Source of the DNA: Nageia nagi
Lineage: Eukaryota; Plantae; Pinophyta
Assembly (NCBI GenBank): GCA_050084985.1
Contig: JBITNC010000001.1
Span: 98,208,001 to 98,272,000 of the forward strand
DNA length: 64,000 bases
Reading direction: 5' to 3'
A program made the translations under genes and the position numbers. Shown piece by piece: positions 13,111 to 25,600 of this stretch (position 1 is the stretch's first letter; each line of letters starts with the position of its first letter). The notes under the pieces are model-generated. The model worked only from the letters and a program-made list of their open reading frames with translations, made no database searches and had not been told where the DNA came from.

Positions 13111-13952
13111 AATATAGAAGTATTTCATACAAGCTTTATTTTTTCAGTGGTAATGTTGTGAGAGCATTTGCTAGTGGATAACAGTGTATTATAAGCTTAA
13201 GAAAACTATTCTTAGTAATCAAGGGGCACCTCATAAGTGTTTACCACTTGGTAATAGTATACATTCACTAATGTATATATCTAGTCCCCTGTACCTAATA
13301 AGTGTATCTCTGATAATATATTATGCAATAAGTATACACCACGCAGAGACCACCTAGTCTACAAGTGGTGAAATAGCAGTTTGCTCATGTAGTTTCTGAT
13401 TGTGAACTGATGCTGTTTCAATGAAACAGTCTATGATATTAAGAGAAAAAATAGGACTGCCCAATTTTTGAGGTCTTGTAATGAACTCTTCGACTGATGG
13501 CTGGACTACATATATGTTTGAAAAAACAAACTCCTGTACTAAGGACTGGGGAAGAAAAAGAAAAAATATAAACAAAAGATGAAGTCAAAGCTCTACTTTT
13601 TCTAGACTCCTTTTTTAATTTAATAAAAAAATAAAAGATTGAAAACTATTTACTCTTGAGAAAGAAGTAAGAAGTGTTAACCAATCATTAATTATTATGA
13701 AACATCTTGTGCACCTGTACCAACTAGTATAAGTACTTTTTTACCCATATATATAACTAATCGATGCTACCTGGCTATCGTATATCATAGTCTGATATTT
13801 CATAATTCATACGAAGGGGATTATTTAATGTTGTAAGCATGTACTTTGTAAAGCAAAAAGGTATAGTATGATGAATAACAATTTGAATTTCTTCACATCT
13901 TCCACTTTAACGAAGATTAACAACAAACACATAGTCATGAATAAGATAAAAC

Positions 13953-14106
13953 CTGCATGGCACCAGCTCCAAGAACAAGCTGACATGTACGGGTGTTGAA
14001 AAGTTTCAAAATATCAACAAGACGATGTACAACATCAGACGCGAATGCTGGGAGAGAATTACTGATGTCCATATACTCAGAAATCATCTTTAACAAAATA
14101 ATGCCA
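13953..14106 (-). CDS. VPS54: VPS54 exon 12
   Basis: TTTTGCAG acceptor, GIILLKMISEYMDISNSLPAFASDVVHRLVDILKLFNTRTCQLVLGAGAMQ (Vps54 C-terminal domain motif), GT donor; 154 nt. Confidence 0.94.
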
Positions 14107-14362
14107 CTGCAAAATTATGTAAAAAGAAATTGTTGGTTCCCAAAAATATCAGTAGTCATGCAATGCCAAACAATGTAATTCAATCTTATTACAAGTAATA
14201 ATTTTATGCATAACTAAATAAAATGAAAAGATGGAAAGGAACAAAGTTATTAAAATGATCTTACAAAAGAAATAATTATAAAATGACGCAAAGGTTTTGA
14301 ACATAATCATTTCAACAATACAGTCAATGCCTAATGATAACATGGTTCAGAACAATACTAAC

Positions 14363-14751
14363 CAATTTACCATGTGATATCCCACCCCTCTAAAATTAAT
14401 TGTCTTTGCATTTGACTTTTCGCGTCCCTTTCTACCCTTTCCACCTGCCTCTGGTGCCTCCAAATGTCTTAATTGATCTCCAGATGTTGATATTTCCAAT
14501 GAGTCACCACCATGGTTTACTGTTCTTTCCACCTGATTTACTCTTGCATATGCCTCAGATGAGTTTTCATCAGTATTTCCATGCATATAATGATTTGAAT
14601 TCTCTGTATTGGTTAACTCAGTTGCATTATGCTTCTCATTAACAACACTATCCTCATCAAATGTGAGAATATTGACAATAGCTTGAAATTCATCTGGTAC
14701 ATCAATGGTAACCCATGTTTCTTGGTCTAGGACAGCACTGATCTTTGCTAT
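14363..14751 (-). CDS. VPS54: VPS54 exon 11
   Basis: CTGCAG acceptor, IAKISAVLDQETWVTIDVPDEFQAIV...TINFRGVGYHMVN(C), GTTAGT donor; 389 nt. Confidence 0.93.
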
Positions 14752-15011
14752 CTGCAGTATCCAATACAACTACTTAAAACAGACCCTATAAGAAAAACAT
14801 AAGATGATCACAATAATAGAAGAAAAAAACACCCTTTACAAAAGCTATTTTTGTATAGCAAAAGGCTACATTGTCCAACAGCCAAGTCTTGATATTTAGC
14901 AAACACGCTCAACTCTACTCTGAGCAAGTAAAATAATTGTAGTTACAAGAAAATCTCATGCCTTGGTTGATCACAAGGATTGTAAAAATTGAGAGAAGAA
15001 AATACACATAC

Positions 15012-15095
15012 ACGAGAACTATGCTGGTAATCAATAAAAGCTTTTGACTGTGATTGCAAACTCCCTCTAATACTGTATCCCAAACGACCGCCAAC
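15012..15095 (-). CDS. VPS54: VPS54 exon 10
   Basis: GCAG acceptor, VGGRLGYSIRGSLQSQSKAFIDYQHSSR, GTATGT donor; 84 nt. Confidence 0.93.
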
Positions 15096-15240
15096 CTGCT
15101 AATTATAATTTTCTCAAAATTATAATGTTCTTCAAAAAAAGAAGAAAATAAAAAACTAGGTTGTTCAACTTTCATGCAACATGCACAATAAGATGTCCTA
15201 AACTCCTCTAAAAATCCATTACCAATGATGCTGAATATAC

Positions 15241-15412
15241 CTTTTCAGTTGCAGATATAAATTCCTGAGTAATATTGTAGACATTTAAGAAGTCTTGCAA
15301 GCGCAATTTTGGATGAATAAGTGCACGGACACCTAATAGCTTGGCCCAACGCCCATGAGCAGCATCACAAGCTGCAAAGACAGCCTCGGTATTTTCACGA
15401 AGGACATCAGCC
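15241..15412 (-). CDS. VPS54: VPS54 exon 9
   Basis: TTTTACAG acceptor, ADVLRENTEAVFAACDAAHGRWAKLLGVRALIHPKLRLQDFLNVYNITQEFISATEK, GTATAT donor; 172 nt. Confidence 0.94.
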
Positions 15413-16426
15413 CTGTAAAAAGTTACAGTATTGCTATATCATTAACACTCCATGCAAAAAAGTTGCAAATGGAAAATTAATTTAACAGAACATTAATGTT
15501 AATGATGTGAAAACACTAGGAATATAAAGGAACAGAAGACTTAATTCAAGGTTCAACCACATGTACAACTCCTGATACACTCATGGAAGGCATATAATGA
15601 GAACTATCTTTGTACAGAAGTGAAATGATAAATATTAAGTTGTGCCCTTAGTTTATTCCTGTTTTCATTCTTCTAACAATGCAAAGCCAAGCTTTTCTGC
15701 TACACGTATCCATTAGAATAAAGAATATATAGACTGCAAGATGAAATGCAAAAGCCAATGCTTGAAAGTAATTCAATAAGAAATAATACCAAGCTATGAT
15801 TTGCTATTCATGTAACAAGGGTCATAATGGAGCAAGCAAAATTTGTCCAGTGCTAATGATAAGCATTTTTTTTACTCCGTTTTGTCATGTCAAAGTTATA
15901 AATTAATCTTATATTTCCAAAATTGTGTTGGCATTTAATAATAGTATTTATAGTATTGACCTTTCAATGTGGGCCATAGCGATGATATAGAAATGACTCC
16001 ACTTCCTTCATATTTCGCCTGTTAATAAGCAAAAATGGGACCTTGTATGCACTAAAGAACAAAGAGGGTAATGAATTGGCTCCAGTAGGATAAATAGGTA
16101 AGGAAATTTGGAACCCATATATGTCAAGTACTCAAATTTATGTTATATATTTTATACAATGGAACCCATACAATGAATTGGCTGATCTATAAAGTTTGTA
16201 CACAACAGAACTTCAGTAAAATTTGTCTGTCTCTTGTAAGTATGGAATTGATTATGCTGAGAAGAAAGATGCAAGCAATTCTATCATATAAACATAATTT
16301 TTCATATAACAATTATTCTTTCAATCAACATACCAAAATTATTTTGTGTTTCTCTTTACATGGTTTGAAATTGCACCAAACAAAATGTTTTACTGTACAA
16401 TATGTGCTAAAGATCCTTATTTTTAC

Positions 16427-16692
16427 CTGAAGTTTTTGGAAATGTTGGACGGGCTTGCACCTTCATTTGCCTTTCCAAGTAGCAAGTTACCATGAGAGGT
16501 ATTTTGGTGAGGTGAAACAAGAAAACGAGAACCAAGTAAAACATCTGATTCCTGAGCAGCTTCAGCTGCAGCAGCTGCTGCTGCACCAGATGCAAAGGCT
16601 GCAGCAACAGCATCTGCAGCATAGAAACCATCAAGGCCTCCCATAATCCACTCAATTACCTTCTTGACCTCTGCTGCTTGTACTAAATGTAC
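16427..16692 (-). CDS. VPS54: VPS54 exon 8
   Basis: TAG acceptor, VHLVQAAEVKKVIEWIMGGLDGFYAADAVAAAFASGAAAA...SKNF(R), GTAAAA donor; 266 nt. Confidence 0.92.
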
Positions 16693-17024
16693 CTACGTTG
16701 AAACTATAGTATAAGCAATGAACGTAAATTTCTGGTTTCAATATTTCACAAAATAGGTCTGTTTATAAATAATTAGCTTGAAAAGAAACAAGCATAAACG
16801 TAGCAATAACATGTGATAATACACTGCCAATCTCTTTCATAGCAACGTTATATATTTATTTCCAAACACATTGGCAGAGTTAGGAGCCATTAGTTGTCTT
16901 TAATCTCCCTCCATACAGTATTTTTGTTAAAAGGATGTAGGTAGTTTTCTAAACTTACTCAGCTCAAAAGAATGCATTAATAGGGAAAAAAAAACCTCCA
17001 ATAATTTTTCAGACATAATAGTAC

Positions 17025-17113
17025 CTGTACAACTCTGAATATGGCCGCCAGAAGTCGCACAAAACTTTCTGCAGATAGGCTTCTTAGCTTACTTGCTAGT
17101 GAAAGTCCCCCAC
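17025..17113 (-). CDS. VPS54: VPS54 exon 7
   Basis: CCAG acceptor, GGGLSLASKLRSLSAESFVRLLAAIFRVVQ, GTACTA donor; 89 nt. Confidence 0.9.
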
Positions 17114-17262
17114 CTGGACTACTAACTCATTAGCTATGTGACATAACAGTACAAATACTAGAAGTCATACTAGAAAACAAGTTCAAATAAAAAAATTCCA
17201 GAAATTCAAAACGTGCAGATAGCATGAAGAAAATGAAAAACAGAAATTAACACATGGAATAC

Positions 17263-17419
17263 CATCCACATCAGTTTGTCTTTCTCCTGCTATCAAATCA
17301 GAATCAAGGGGACGAGTGAACAGAACAGGAAGCAACTCTGCAACAGTAGTTTTAATGGAACCCTTAATGTCTGCAATCAGTGTTTCCCTATAAACCCTCA
17401 ATACAGCTGGAAGTTTTGC
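17263..17419 (-). CDS. VPS54: VPS54 exon 6
   Basis: TTCAG acceptor, AKLPAVLRVYRETLIADIKGSIKTTVAELLPVLFTRPLDSDLIAGERQTDVD, GTATTC donor; 157 nt. Confidence 0.92.
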
Positions 17420-17964
17420 CTGAACAATCAATAATTTAACAGAATAAAGAAATGCCACCTCTGTCATAAATAGTTTCATATATTACTGAGAAAATATCAT
17501 CCAATGACATCATGGAAATACAAAGTAACAAGGAAGAAGACACTTTTATCTACAACCGTATGAAATAACAGCTATACACCATTTAGAGACTATTGGAATT
17601 CAATTTCATTCTACAGCTACATATATGATAGCACCAAATTCAAAACAGAGAAGATGAACAGAATACAGATGACAATGAATGACACACATCTCATACAATC
17701 AAAAAGCTGCACAGACAGAAAAATAACATGTACTATCCAGTATATATGATTTTAGACATATAAATTAGACAATGCAATAGTCTAGTCACATAATAAAATG
17801 TGCTATCCGGTAAAAATCATTTTCTCTGTGCAAACCTGCCAGCTTAGTCTTGCAGAATACAGACAATTCACTAATTTTGAACCCAGTCAGCATTGCTTAC
17901 AAAATACACTAGCATCGCAAATGATCCAGCAATAAAAGAATTGTGTGACAGTGAAGCCACTCAC

Positions 17965-18039
17965 GGTTCTCAACAGGCCAATGACAAGAGGTAAAAGATG
18001 GTCCCTGAAACCAGAACATGCTTCTTCATCTAATTGAAT
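17965..18039 (-). CDS. VPS54: VPS54 exon 5
   Basis: TTTTGCAG acceptor, IQLDEEACSGFRDHLLPLVIGLLRT, GTGAGT donor; 75 nt. Confidence 0.92.
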
Positions 18040-19136
18040 CTGCAAAATACAGAAATTGTTGTCATCATCATAGCATCAGAAGCACATATGGTCAAAATGT
18101 GCTCACAGACTTATAATATGAATATCAAGGTGATTTATAATTAGGAACATTTTTGCATTCTGAAGAGGCCTGCATAATAGAGGAATATACACCTTTACAA
18201 GTTATTTGAGTTTGTTTTATTATACCAATTCATGAATCTAACCTCATTGATTTCATTGATGCCAATTATCTATAAAAGAAATTCCTTAACATATTATAAT
18301 AATCTGCAACAAAATCAATGCAATTTGCGGAATGTCTGAACTACTAACATAAACTCAATTCAAAGTCATTTTCTATCCAAAATGTAATTCAAAAGATAAA
18401 ATATGAAGCAAAGAAAGAATTGGCAATATGAACCAGTTTATTGTTTCTGATGTTCTTCCAAATCAAGTAAAGAAAACAAACATAATAGCGAATCTAATCA
18501 TTCATAGAATTCACCTTGCCCACAATGCATTTGATACACAATTTCTCCTAAGCCTTGAAGAACAAGGTTTCCACATTATACTACAAAAGCTGCCTGAAAA
18601 ATACACAGGCCTCTCCCTAAGAAGTCTTTCAGAGGAATAAACACAAATTTTAGATGCATCAACGAATTCAAGAAAATATTCCCCAAAAAAGATATGGGAA
18701 TTCAAAAAAAGACTTAAATTTTGGCATTATTCCATATATCAAAAATTTCAATGCATCACATCTTGCCAAAGAAGCATGTTGCTTTTAAAATACTATGTGC
18801 CCATCCTTGACAGCCTCAGACTACATTAGTATATTCAAAGTGAAGGATCTACCAACATGAAAAGGTAACAATAGAACCAACAATTCTCTACGAATACATT
18901 CATTTCCCGATATAAAATATAGGTGGAGGTCAAACATGAAACAAAGGTACTGTGGACTACAGCAGCTCCAGGTGAAAGATAAGTTGCCTTACCCTATTGA
19001 TGTCTTCAGCGAATCGAAAAACATTTAGTACAAGAATTTTTCTGAAAGGCAATTTGTTCAAAGGGTACAAGCAATATAAGTAATTTAGGAAAGGCAATTT
19101 GTTCGAAAGGGTAGAAGCAATATAATTTCCACTAGT

Positions 19137-20690
19137 CTAGGTTACAAAATTTGCCAATTTTCAAGCATCAAATTCGAAATTCAATGAATTTGAAGGGCAT
19201 GGCCCTGACCCTCATGGCCTGTGCTGCCCTAGGGTTTTTCTTTTGATAATTTTTTAATTTTTTTTAATTCACTTTTTTATTTTATAAATTCATTTTCTTT
19301 TTTTCTTAAATTTGAAATATATAGAATTTTTTCATTAATAATTGGTTTTATTTAATTTTTTTAAATAATGAATAAATATAAATTTTAATATTATTTTTAT
19401 TTTAAAAAATTGTTAATCTTAGTATCATATTTATTGTTATTAAGTATTAAAAGTTTTTTAAATGAAATTAAATATATAATTTAAAAATATTTATAAATAT
19501 TAATTTTTTAAATAATAAACAAATATAAATTTTAATTAAAATATTTTTATACAAAAAACAATAATATATTGGATTTTATGCCAAATTTTAATGTTATATT
19601 TTTTGTGTTATTAAATTTTTTATATTTTACTATAGCTTTTTTGAAAGTGTGTAATGTCCCAGAAATGAAATTACAGAAATACAAGTATAGAAAAAATATA
19701 GAACTGAAATATTACTCAAAAGACACCCAAAAATGAGTAACAACCAGCCAAGAGAATATATTAAAATATTGCAAGACAATACATGCACTGGAATAACCAA
19801 AGGCATCCACAAAATAACATCAAAATGCAAATATAACACCTTCAAAATGCCATAAATCTCCTTGGAACTATTTTTGTATTTTTGATATTTTAGGGCAATC
19901 ACACCTTCAATGAAATTGCCAAAGATCCCAACCATGCACCTTCAATGCACTTTGGGGTGAGCAAGACCTTCAATCTTCACTCAAAGAAACTCAAGGGTTT
20001 CAGATTTCAATTTCAATAATATCAATAACATACCCAAAATGGAGTGTTGCATCTCCTTATATAGACTCCAACCCTAATCATGCATTGACCCCTCTAAGCT
20101 AATCTAAGCCATTGATTGGCCTTATTACAAATAAAAGTACTTAAAATAATATTAGAATAACATAAAAGTTTATTATAATTCAACATTGCACTTTTAAGTA
20201 AAAATCCACTAAGTTAAGTAGATTTTCGTGTGTAGGCGCGATATGGAAGACTAGTCCGACTGGCAAACTTCAAGTAGCCATAACTCCTTCATTTCTTGTC
20301 CAAAAGGGGTCATGTGACCACTTAAAACAAATGCCACGAGATGCTCTATCCAATTCTGAAGGTGCAACGGCCACATCTGACATGTACAAGAAGAGATTTG
20401 TGGAAAATCCCAAATACAAGATATTCTAAAAAAATAGGGTCATTACAAAGTGTTATTTTCAACGTATTATTTTTTACTAATTTTTATTTAATATCTAATG
20501 TTGTGATGAACTTTTATTATTATAAAACAATAATAATAATATTTTTTATATAAAAATTAATAATAAATATGAATATTTATTATTTTATAATATTTTAGCA
20601 TATTTTTACCATATCAAATTTAATGTTGAATTTTTGGACCCTAAATTAATGTCAAATTTGTCGAACTTGGACTCAAACCTAGTAAGTTAG
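19137..20690. mobile_element. AT-rich MITE-like element containing a solo LTR
   Basis: Ends CTAGGTTAC and revcomp CTAACTTAC, with similar AAATTT/TCGAA subterminal words at both ends and an extremely AT-rich body. No TSD found. Confidence 0.45.
19650..20447 (-). mobile_element. 798-bp solo LTR with perfect 5-bp TSD
   Basis: TGTAATGTCCC...GGGTCATTACA terminal inverted repeat (10/11); AAGTG at 19645-19649 and 20448-20452; CTATATAAGG on the minus strand near 20055-20064. Confidence 0.88.
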
Positions 20691-22616
20691 GTAGCAATAA
20701 CATAGATACCACTACTAGTTACTCAGAATAATAGCACCAGCATAAAAACAAATAAATTTTATTTATGTCCATTATAACAAGTTACCAACACAGGTCAATG
20801 GGATTCGGGAAATTAAAAAAGGGGGTAAAAATCACTGTTTAAATCCAAAGGGAGACACTAAAATACAAAAGAAAATCAAGTAAAAATATGTATAGCGCAA
20901 ATGTTGTTAGTCAAGTCTGAACTAAACTATAATACGGAGTGGTAGAAGACGCACAGTCAATACTAATCATCCAAAAGGAGCTTATATCTGATGCTGCTCA
21001 TGCAAGAGTGGCCAGGGCTTCGTGGGACTTGCTGGATTGTGATTGGAGGGTGTGCAGAGAAGACTATAAAGGCTCTTCTAGCATTCAAGACTGGCAAGAC
21101 TGTAGAGGGTAAGAAGTTAGTGAGGCATATCTATCAGGACTGTCTGACCTATCTGACCTATGCACGAGAGGAAAGATGGCTAAAGATGTCAAAATTTTAC
21201 AGGTCTCTCCTGTCTTGTCAAAAAGAGGATAGTCTTCAAGACTCGCAGCACTGAGTGAGGGAAGACATCGCCACTTAGATAGCGCATCTTGAGTTTGTTC
21301 TGCTTTAGACACAAATAGAGAAACTTTCTCAAATTTGCCTGTAACTTGTTTTTATTGAATCTATAGAGGTTAAAGGCCCCCAAATTCCTATCTACTTGAT
21401 CGGTTACTTGTCTAACATGGGCGTACCTTTTCAATCATAGCCAGATATACTATCAAGATGTTGTCTGTATATTTAGTTCCCCCTTTCAAACTCATCGGTT
21501 TAGAAAGAAAATGTGCATGAATTTCAGTGAAAAAGGGAGAGAGAAAGAGCCAACAAAACCTTAAAGATATCAATCTTCTTCCAAATTTGCATATGACAAC
21601 TTTGGCTGTTAATTCATTGTCCCACTTGCTTTCATATCAATTACTGAAATCCACATCTTGTGCTATATCCTTTCTATGTTGGATATATTTAATTATTAAT
21701 GCCATATTGAGGACTTTTGCATCTAAGAGTTATCTTCTCCTTTGTTAAAAGCTTCATTGAACTGTATTAGATATGGATGAACATTATCAATGCTCTACAT
21801 CGAATATTGCACGTTCTCTTCATTTTGCATTTGGTCAAGCATGTGGCATCATCTAGCTTCTAAAATCAGTATTTATTATTTAGGGAATTGTTCATAACTC
21901 CCAAAATGGTACCAAAGGTTTAAAGGTGTCCACTTTTAACTTAAAGTTTCTCTCTTCTTGATTGTAGAATCCAAATTTCGAAATTATTCCCATGGATATT
22001 GGCATATAAGTTGATCCATCATGTTTTACAAAAGTGCACTTCAATGGACTTATGGCTAAAATCCATATTTTAAACATTCATTACAACGGACCGATAAGGA
22101 ACCTTAGTTCCTGGGTACCATAACTGCTATGTAATAATTGCTGATTAATTAGATGAAAATATTTAACAATAGGATTGGAATAGAACAATAAGGATAAAGT
22201 ATTTCGAAAAACATCTACTTGAAGTCTCCGTATTAATTATTTTCTCTCAACAACCACAAAGCCACAAGGGCATGAGGGATTTTGAAAATTTTCAATCGTC
22301 TTCTATAAATAATGTTATGGTTGGTATTTTGATGACCATGAATTGGATGACCTTCAACTTTTGTCCCTTCCATGGTTGTGAAGATTCTCATGATGATAAT
22401 AATTCTTCCTCCTTGGATGTGATTATTACTTCCACATATGTTGCAAAGGATTTTGATGACATTTGTGAGGATCCTTGCAATGAGTGTCTAATTAAGGTTC
22501 CTCCCGTGTGCCTGATTCTCCTTTCATGTGTTGAAAACAATATAACCTATATTCCTTCTCCAATTGATTTTGATAGGAGACAAGATAGGGTTAATGATAA
22601 CATTTGATATTCATAA

Positions 22617-25600
22617 TAATCCAAAAAGGGTCATTTTCGAAGTTTAATTTCAGGACTGGAAATTGTCACCATTGGGTTCCATGCTCGGAATCAAACATGT
22701 TTGCAAAATTTGGTGAGCTGACTTGGCAAAAAGAGGACCGTCCTCCATTGGCCACTAGCGGCCCATTCTGGGCACATGAGGACCGTCAGTGGTCCATTTC
22801 TCATGGTCGTTTTCTTGAAATTTGAAGAGTCAAGGGCAGTTCCGAAAGCTGAAACGCTTTCTTCTTCCATTTCAGATCTGATTCAAGGAGATTGTAGGTT
22901 GGAGGAGTGTTTGATGTTGTAACAGTGTATTTCATATTCACACCGATTCGTAATCCCATTTGGGTACCATAATCAAGAAGAGATGTTAAATTGGATATGC
23001 TCCTACACTAGAAGAAACCAATATAAATGTGACTGTGTTAACTTGTTTGAATGCCGATTTTGATGTTATTTTATGTTTTCTGTCAGTTCTACACAATCGT
23101 ACTTTAAATTTCATCATCAAATTTTACCATAAGAGGTTTGTCAGCGACCCTCAACAGACCGCCATTGGCTCATTTCTTCAAGAATTAGGTGCTGAAATTC
23201 TTAAGGGAATATTTGTACTTGATGAACTTCAAAATAGCATAGCTTACGAAGTTTACAGATCAAGTGGTATCAAAGCAAAGTTCAACAGTTTGAATTGGGA
23301 ATGCAAGGTAGAAGATCTCAAAAAGCTGAGTTAATCCCTTCTAACCTTGAGATTGAGAAAAGGCATAGAAGGGCAAGTTCAACGGAAGAGCAAGAAGGAA
23401 AAGCAAAGCAGCCCGAGATAGATTCTGATTTGTGTTCCAAGTTTGAAAAGGAATTCTTGCAATGCAGAGCGATATGAATAGAATCATGGAGTTATTTTTG
23501 AGTAAACAAACCATGGAGAAGCCAAAGAAACCTGAATTTGAGAGAATACCAGATCATGGTGTTGGGTCTTCTCATGCTACTACATAATTGCCATTCAAGT
23601 TAGAGGCCAAAATTGAAATCCCTACTTTTGGAGGAGAGGTAGATGCCAAGAACCTCAACAATTGGTTGAAACAACTAAAGGTATATTTCCAAGTTCAGTG
23701 TGTAGAAAATGATGTTCAAAAAATTTCATTTGCAAGGTTGAAAATGGGAGGTCATGCATAGATTTGGTGGGAGAGCCATGTGGAATCCCTCAAGCACGAA
23801 TTTGAACCACCTATCACTTCTTGGAACGAGTTCAAGAATCTATTGAGAAAGCAATTCTATACTTTGGGTCATCACAACAAGCAACTCATGAAGTGGCAAT
23901 TTCTTTGCCAACAAAGAGAACAATCAATCCAAGACTATGCCACAGAATTTAAAAGGCAAACAAATTTACTTGGGATATCTCTCAAGGATCCTCAAATTTT
24001 GATGAAATATATTGAAGGTTTGCATAGTCATTTGCAAAAAGCTTATTATGTTGTTTAATCCTAATAACTTTGACCAAGTTTATGTGCAAGCTTATTTGGA
24101 AGAAGATGGGAGACAAAGACAACACTATGAAAACTCCAAGAAAAATTCAAACAATAAGGGACATCAAAAAGAAGAAAAATCCCAAGGCAAAGCAAAGACA
24201 AAGGCAAAGGCAAACAACAAGCAAAGAAGACTACCAATACTACAAAGAAGAAAAATGATAGTAGGCATTGTTCTCATTGTGACAAAGATGGACATGTTGA
24301 AGATAAATGTTGGAAGCTTCATCCTAAATTATATCCCCACAAGAAGAAAGAAAAGAAGGATCTGGAAAAGAAGAACACAATGGTCACCAAGAGTGAGGAT
24401 GTTGAGGACAGTTCAGATTCTTATCAAATCAACTGTGCATCAATTCAAACAGTTGGAAATGAGAAGGAGATTGAGGAGAAAAGAATTCAACTATTCCATG
24501 TCAAAATCTGAATTGGTAAGGTAAAAGTTGCTTCTATTTATGATCCTGGTTTTCAAGTTAATTTGATTTCAAAAAGCTTAGTAGATGAATTGAAGCTGAA
24601 GACTTAAACCATCCACATCCATATGCTCTTGGATGAGCACACCACGATGCCAAGCTTCAAGTGACAAAACAATGTAAGTTACAATTTAGCATAAGCAAAA
24701 ATTTTCATGATGAAATGGTAGTGGTGTTGTTCCTTCGGATATTTGTGCTGTTGTGTTTGGGAATCCTTATTTGTGGGATAGAGATGTTATTTACTTCAAG
24801 AGAAAAATTCAGTATAGGTTGATCAAGGAAGGAAAGTCCTATACTATTAATGCCCATAAAGACCCGAAAAGGAATGCCATTAGTGATTGCAAATCAAGTA
24901 AAGAGCCTAGTTAATGCAAGTAGAAAGTTCATAGTGTTGATGGTCATAGTTGCAGACGACAATTCTGTCGGAATAGGACTGCTAGTAGTCCTCTACATTG
25001 AAATTAGACTGGCAATGGCCCTCAACAGGCCACCAACGATCCTTTTACAAGAGAACTAGATGCAAGGACTTCTACAGGAGTTTCAGGTTGTGTCTACAAA
25101 GCCAACAAGACTACCTCCTCAGCTGGATATACAACATGAAATACAATTACTGCTTGATTCCCCCCTTCCATACACAAGGTTATATCGTTAATCAGTTTTG
25201 GAACAAGAGGAGATCATGAATCATATTCAGGAGCTGGTTAATCAGGGTTTGATCAAACCTAGTACATCTCCATGCGGGACACCCATTGTTCTAGTGCCAA
25301 AGAAAGATGGTTTGTGGAGAATGTGCATTGATTATAGAGCTTTGAATAAGATCACCATAAAGAATTGCTATCCATTTCCTCGTATAGATGATCTCATGGA
25401 TCAGTTGCAAAGAGCAAGATACTTCACCAAGTTGGACTTGAGGAGTGGTTATCACCAAGTAAGGATAAAAGAAGAAAACATTTGGAAAACAACTTTCGAA
25501 ACAAGAAAAGGCCTATTTGAGTGGCTTGATTTGTCTTTTGGTTTGTGTAATGCACCAACCACATTTATGAGGGTAATGAATGAACTCCTTAGACCTTTTA

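Noticed and set aside
21500-22616. Possible minus-strand gag remnant (CNICGSNNH knuckle-like) hosting the gypsy
   Set aside because: Too decayed for a supportable call.
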